This document shows positions 59,669 to 64,000 of a stretch of 64,000 nt of DNA, in pieces (the stretch's first letter is position 1; each line of letters opens with the position of its first letter). The notes below the pieces were generated by a model. It saw nothing but the letters and a program-made list of their open reading frames with translations, ran no database searches and had not been told where the DNA came from. Where the stretch lies: assembly GCA_963701965.1 (NCBI GenBank), contig OY969695.1, forward strand, positions 1,600,001 to 1,664,000, read 5' to 3'. A program made the position numbers and the translations under genes. The stretch is from an uncultured Gemmatimonadales bacterium. Lineage in GTDB: Bacteria > Gemmatimonadota > Gemmatimonadetes > Gemmatimonadales > Gemmatimonadaceae.

Positions 59669-60011
59669 GGACCTTCTCCTTCCGTTTCAATTCCTCGACA
59701 ACTTTGTCCAGCTCGTCGAAGCGTGCGTCCCAGAGCTGGCGGTATCTCTCGATCCATGCAGCTTCCTCCTCCAGTCGGCGCGGGCCGAGCTTGCAGGTCC
59801 GCACGCGCCCGACCTTCTCCGTGGTGACTAGCCCCGTCTGCTCCAAGACGCCGACATGCTTCTTCATGCCCGTGAGGGTCATGCGGAATTTGTCGGCAAG
59901 GTCCGTGATCGAAGCGTCTCTACGCCCGAGCTGCTCCAGAACGCCACGTCGGGTGGCGTCGGAGAGCGCGGCGAACGAGGCATCGAAGCGGGCCTGGGTA
60001 TATTGAACCAT
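59646..60011 (-). CDS. ArsR/SmtB family regulator
   Basis: FAALSDATRR, KHVGVLE..GLV...K.GRVR.C. Confidence 0.9.
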   Translation of the reverse strand: MVQYTQARFDASFAALSDATRRGVLEQLGRRDASITDLADKFRMTLTGMKKHVGVLEQTGLVTTEKVGRVRTCKLGPRRLEEEAAWIERYRQLWDARFDELDKVVEELKRKEKVHGRKKRE

Positions 60012-60023
60012 GTGGTTCAGTAT
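60000..60023. promoter_or_regulatory. Imperfect palindrome over the arsR start codon (putative operator)
   Basis: ATATTGAACCA-TG-TGGTTCAGTAT, one mismatch. Confidence 0.65.
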
Positions 60024-60215
60024 TTAACACACGGATAGGCGGCACGCAAGGGGAGGCCGAGTTCGCGCTGCCTTGAACAGCTCACAGGAGATCGCATGGT
60101 AAGCGTCTGCCGCTGGCCGTCTTGACGTGCTGAGGGTTAGCAGGTCGGGCGGCGATGATGAAACGGGAATCTCCCGAGGCGCGTACAGTGTGGGGAACGT
60201 CGATACGGAGCGCAG

Positions 60216-61085
60216 TTGACGACACGGTGGGTCTTCTTCGGGTCCAAGGGGCTTCGCGCGGGGTGGGGCGCGGCGGCCTTTCTGACAATAACGGTGGGGA
60301 TCTTCGTCTTACTGACGCGGATGTTCGGGTGGCTCTGGAGCTCGGGCGTCGGCGGTCAGTCGATGACGCCACGGATCATAGGTTTGAGCGAAGCGGCGCT
60401 GCTTGCGGCCGTGCTCGCGGCCACGGCGATCATGTCGCGGATCGAGCGGCGGCGGTTCGGCGCCTACGGTCTCGCTGACGCCCGGGCGCCGGCACACGTC
60501 GTCCGTGGCGCCGCTACCGGATTTATCGCACTGTCGTTGCTCGTCGGCCTCCTGGCCGTTTCGGATCACCTGTCCTTCGATGGAATCGCGGAGCAAGGCA
60601 CTGAGGCTTGGCGGTTCGCCGCCGAATGGGGCGCGGCGACGTTGCTCATCGCGCTGGTCGAGGAGACGTTGTTTCGCGGGTATCTGCTGGTCACACTCGC
60701 GCGGGGCATCGGATTCTGGCCGGCGGCAGTCGTCCTGTCGATGGTGTTCGGCGTCACGCACGCCGGCAACATTCGCGAAAGCATGATCGGTCTCGCCGGT
60801 GCAGGATTGGTCGGCCTGGTGTTCACCATCGGTATCTGGCGGAGTGGTTCACTATGGTGGGCCATCGGCCTGCACGCCGCTTGGGACTGGGCGGAGACGT
60901 ACTTCTATGGCACGCCGGACAGCGGCACAGTGGCGCCAAATCACCTACTCAACACGCACCCCCACGGCGCATCGTGGCTCAGCGGGGGGGCCGTCGGACC
61001 AGAGGGCAGCGTTTTCGTCATTCTCATTCTACTGGCCCTCGTACCCGTGATCTTCCTGACCTTCCACGGTAAACGAACTGGTTAG
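60216..61085 (+). CDS. CPBP/Abi (CAAX type II) intramembrane protease
   Basis: EETLFRGY, FGVTH, AIGLHAAWD, G.VGPEGS; TTG start with GGAG upstream. Confidence 0.88.
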   Translation: MTTRWVFFGSKGLRAGWGAAAFLTITVGIFVLLTRMFGWLWSSGVGGQSMTPRIIGLSEAALLAAVLAATAIMSRIERRRFGAYGLADARAPAHVVRGAATGFIALSLLVGLLAVSDHLSFDGIAEQGTEAWRFAAEWGAATLLIALVEETLFRGYLLVTLARGIGFWPAAVVLSMVFGVTHAGNIRESMIGLAGAGLVGLVFTIGIWRSGSLWWAIGLHAAWDWAETYFYGTPDSGTVAPNHLLNTHPHGASWLSGGAVGPEGSVFVILILLALVPVIFLTFHGKRTG

Positions 61086-61107
61086 TCGGGGCGACGGGAT
61101 TGGAACC
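61083..61107 (-). other. tRNA-Pro-like 3' fragment (possible att-site scar)
   Basis: Minus strand GGTTCCAATCCCGTCGCCCCGACTA resembles a T-loop plus acceptor 3' strand; no 5' half present. Confidence 0.5.
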
Positions 61108-61159
61108 AAGCACGCTCTCCATCCGTTGACGTTCCGCGGGCAAGGCGCTGGCACCGTGA

Positions 61160-61202
61160 TTGACATCTCTGTTCCGACACGTTATTTCGCATTTGTGCGA
61201 AA
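61160..61202 (+). promoter_or_regulatory. Promoter and operator palindrome at the start of arsR
   Basis: TTGACA-17-TATTTC-6-GTG; TTTCGCA-TTTG-TGCGAAA (61185-61202). Confidence 0.6.
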
Positions 61203-61530
61203 AAGCCAAAATACGAACGGTGGTGCCCAGGACGCACTCAAGACCCTCAAGGCGCTGGCCAGCCCGCTGCGGCTGGCGGTGTTGGAGTATCTCAAAGACC
61301 CGGTCACCAATTTTCCCCCTCAGGTCGATGGCGACCTGACTACGACCGGCGTGTGCGCCGATTTCATCCGCGAGAAACTCGGTATCGCCGCCGCGACCGC
61401 GTCCCGCCACCTGACGCTTCTCGCCGACAGCGGCCTGGTCATCGCGACGCGGAGGAAGGGCTGGACTTTTTACCGGCGCGACGAACGGGCGATCATGCGC
61501 TTCACGCGCCGTCTTCAGCGTACCCTCTGA
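61195..61530 (+). CDS. ArsR family regulator
   Basis: LKALASP.RL..L..LKDP..NFP, GVC, S.HL..L...GL....R..GWTFY.RDE. Confidence 0.85.
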   Translation: MRKSQNTNGGAQDALKTLKALASPLRLAVLEYLKDPVTNFPPQVDGDLTTTGVCADFIREKLGIAAATASRHLTLLADSGLVIATRRKGWTFYRRDERAIMRFTRRLQRTL

Positions 61531-61543
61531 CTTCGACATCAGC

Positions 61544-62410
61544 GTGCCTTCACTCGACTACCTGCACGTCAATGTGTTCGCCGCGCGTCCGTATGCGGGC
61601 AACAGTCTGCCCGTCTTTCTCGACGGCCGTGGTCTCACCAGCGACCAGATGCAGGTGATCACGAACGAGCTCCGTCATTTCGAAGCCATCTTCCTCGACT
61701 CGACGACCGAACCGGGACGCCACCGTGCCCGCGTGTTCGACCTTCTCGAGGAGTTGCCGTTCGCCGGCCACCCGATTATCGGCGCCGCCGCGGCACTGCA
61801 CCACGCGACCGACGGCGCGGCGGAGGCGACGTGGACGTTCGATCTGACGAACAAGAGCGTGACCGTGATGACCCGGCGCGCGGCGGACGGGTACTACGGC
61901 TTGCTCGATCAAGGCCCGGCCGAATTTGGCGGCGAGGTTGGCGCGCGCGCCGAGGTGGCCGCCGCATTCGCGCTCACGCCCGCCGACCTCGACGAGACCC
62001 TCCCACCGGCCGTCGTGAGCACGGGGTTGCGCTATCTCATCGTCCCGGTGCGTCCCGGCGCGCTCGGTCGCGCGAAGATCCGGACTGACATCACGGCGCT
62101 CGTTCACGACGCTGGCGCGCAGTTCGCGGTGCTCTTCGATGCCGCTGCGCTCGAAGTGCGTCACTGGAACAACGATGGGGGCCTCGAGGATATCGCGACA
62201 GGCAGCGCGGCCGGCACCATCGGCGCCTATCGTCTGCGCTACTGCCGTGCGAAATCCGGCGGAGCCTTCACGCTGCATCAAGGACGCTTCGCCGGACGCC
62301 CGAGTCAGCTGGTCGTCGAGCCCCACGGGACACCCAATGTCGTCACATCCGTCAGCGTGGGCGGCGGCGTCGCCATCGTCGGCCGCGGCCGCTTGGAGGC
62401 GTTGCCATGA
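61544..62410 (+). CDS. PhzF family isomerase/epimerase
   Basis: VF....GN.L, ELPFAGHP, VSTG, EDIATGSAAG, QG..GRPS. Confidence 0.9.
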   Translation: MPSLDYLHVNVFAARPYAGNSLPVFLDGRGLTSDQMQVITNELRHFEAIFLDSTTEPGRHRARVFDLLEELPFAGHPIIGAAAALHHATDGAAEATWTFDLTNKSVTVMTRRAADGYYGLLDQGPAEFGGEVGARAEVAAAFALTPADLDETLPPAVVSTGLRYLIVPVRPGALGRAKIRTDITALVHDAGAQFAVLFDAAALEVRHWNNDGGLEDIATGSAAGTIGAYRLRYCRAKSGGAFTLHQGRFAGRPSQLVVEPHGTPNVVTSVSVGGGVAIVGRGRLEALP

Positions 62411-63384
62411 CCATACCCGTGCTCGGCGCGGACGAGTTGCGCGCGCTCGTCTCCTACGAGGACCTGATCGAGCCGGTGTCGGTCGCGTTCCAGCGCTCGA
62501 GCGCCGGCAATGCCGCGAACGGGCTCATCGTCATGTGTCCACTCGGTGATCGCACGCGCGGCAATGTCTACGTCAAGACGGGCACGCTCTCAGACTTCCC
62601 GATCTATGTCGTCAAGATCTCACCCTGGTTTGCCGAGAACGTCGCACGCGGCCGGCCCCAGGGCGGATTCGTCGCGGTGTTCGACAGCCGCACGGGCCAC
62701 GCGATCGCGCTGCTCGACGAGCAGCACTATCTATCCGATATCCGCACAGCGGCCGCCGGCGCGCTGGCCGCGCGCTCACTGGCACCGGCGTCCGTGTCCA
62801 GGGCGGGGGTCCTGGGAGCCGGCGTGCAAGCGTACTGGCAGGTACAGGCGCTGTTTCGCGAGCGTCCGTTCGCGACCCTCGCGATCTGGGCTCGCGATGG
62901 AGGGAAGGCTCGCGCATTGGCATCGCGTCTCGGGCGCCACCTGCCCGGCGTGACGATCGACGTCGATTCCGACATCCGGCGCGTCGTCCGAACCAGCAAT
63001 GTGCTCCTGACTACCACCTCGTCCCGTGAGCCCCTGGTGCGGGGTGAGTGGCTGCGTCCCGGTCAGCATGTCACGGCCGTCGGCGCCGACGACCCGACGA
63101 AGTGCGAACTGGATGCCGATGCGCTCGCGCGGGCCAGAGTGTTCGTGGACGCGATCGACACCGCGACCGCGAACGGCGATGTCCATCGGGCGATCACCTC
63201 GGGTGCCTACCTGGCGGATGCCTTGGCCGGTGAGATCGGCGACGTGCTGGCGGGCCGGCTGGTGGGACGCACGTCCGAGGGCGACATCACGATCGCCAAG
63301 CTCGTGGGCATCGGCGTGCAAGATCTGGCGGCCGCATCGGTGTCGATCAGCAAAGCCGGCCTCGCATCCCTTCACGGCGCTTGA
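62407..63384 (+). CDS. Ornithine cyclodeaminase/mu-crystallin family protein
   Basis: L.D.RTAAAGA, GAGVQA, G.HV.AVGAD, K.VG.G.QD; ATGA overlap. Confidence 0.9.
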   Translation: MTIPVLGADELRALVSYEDLIEPVSVAFQRSSAGNAANGLIVMCPLGDRTRGNVYVKTGTLSDFPIYVVKISPWFAENVARGRPQGGFVAVFDSRTGHAIALLDEQHYLSDIRTAAAGALAARSLAPASVSRAGVLGAGVQAYWQVQALFRERPFATLAIWARDGGKARALASRLGRHLPGVTIDVDSDIRRVVRTSNVLLTTTSSREPLVRGEWLRPGQHVTAVGADDPTKCELDADALARARVFVDAIDTATANGDVHRAITSGAYLADALAGEIGDVLAGRLVGRTSEGDITIAKLVGIGVQDLAAASVSISKAGLASLHGA

Positions 63385-63541
63385 GCACGACCTACTTCAG
63401 AGATAGAGACCTCGGTCACCAATTCCCTCGCATTCTCCCGGAAGCAGGGATCCGCAAACGAATCCGCCACAAGCCCAACGAGCGAGTCGCGGGTGTTGCG
63501 GGATATGGCAGTGTCCGACGCCAAGTCATATGTTTGGGCGC

Positions 63542-64000
63542 ATGAGAAGCCCTCAGCATCCCTATTGTCCTGGGCGCGACACTCGTGGCGGCGTGTTCGA
63601 GCACCAGTAACTCGATCCTGAATCCGTTCACCGGACCGGAACGTGTCATCAATGTCGGCTCGGGCACCGCCTACAGCTGCGCGCTGACGTCGCTCGGTCA
63701 CGTCTACTGCTGGGGCTTCAATGCCGACGGCGAACTCGGCAACCGTGGCGTCGCCGATACCAGCCTGCCGGTGTCCATCACCGACTCGGCCACGAACCAC
63801 TTCATCGAACTGTCGGTCGGCGACAATCACGCCTGCGCCCTAACCACGGGCGGCACGCCCGTGTGCTGGGGGAGCAATGATTTCGGTCAGCTCGGCACGG
63901 GCGTGAGCGCGACAGCGATCCCAGCGGCGGTTCCGGGCGCGCCGGCGCTGACGCGCGTACGGACGTCGGCCGGCAGCACCTGCGGCCTCGCCAAATCTGA
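63542..64000 (+). CDS. RCC1-repeat lipoprotein, partial (runs off the window end), with a +1 frameshift just after the ATG
   Basis: Frame from 63549: LSIPIVLGATLVAAC lipobox, SCALT..G.VYCWG.N..GELG, HACALT.GG..VCWGSNDFGQLG; TATGTT-7-ATG 63542 is one base out of frame. Confidence 0.75.

Noticed and set aside
61040..61160. Complete tRNA gene
   Set aside because: Only a 3' fragment of about 25 nt; no D-arm, anticodon arm or 5' acceptor strand

Overview
High-GC bacterial chromosomal segment carrying about 60 accessory and envelope genes. No rRNA, intact tRNA, CRISPR array, transposase or integrase is visible. The gene mix (PadR with a duplicated orphan permease, a SusC-like receptor, DUF5916, an RCC1 lipoprotein, CarboxypepD/TonB-type proteins) suggests Gemmatimonadota or a similar soil lineage; this is inference only. 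Main points: (1) a co-oriented envelope cluster DUF3300-DUF2950-porin-amidohydrolase-DcaP porin-glutaminase, in which the glutaminase has a signal peptide and a sigma54-type promoter precedes the last four genes; (2) a family B DNA polymerase with intact exonuclease motifs but DTN in place of DTD in motif C; (3) readable regulatory signals: a 21-bp-period LytTR box at two distant loci, a duplicated ECF42 promoter/leader, operator palindromes at four repressor genes, and many TAnnnT-(5-7 nt)-start leaderless-type promoters; (4) at least four genes collapsed by large internal deletions, one apparently at a GCTC microhomology with a full-length paralogous locus 2-3 kb away; (5) several single-base frameshifts, so sequencing error must be excluded for residue-level claims. 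All family assignments are by motif recognition by eye, not database search.
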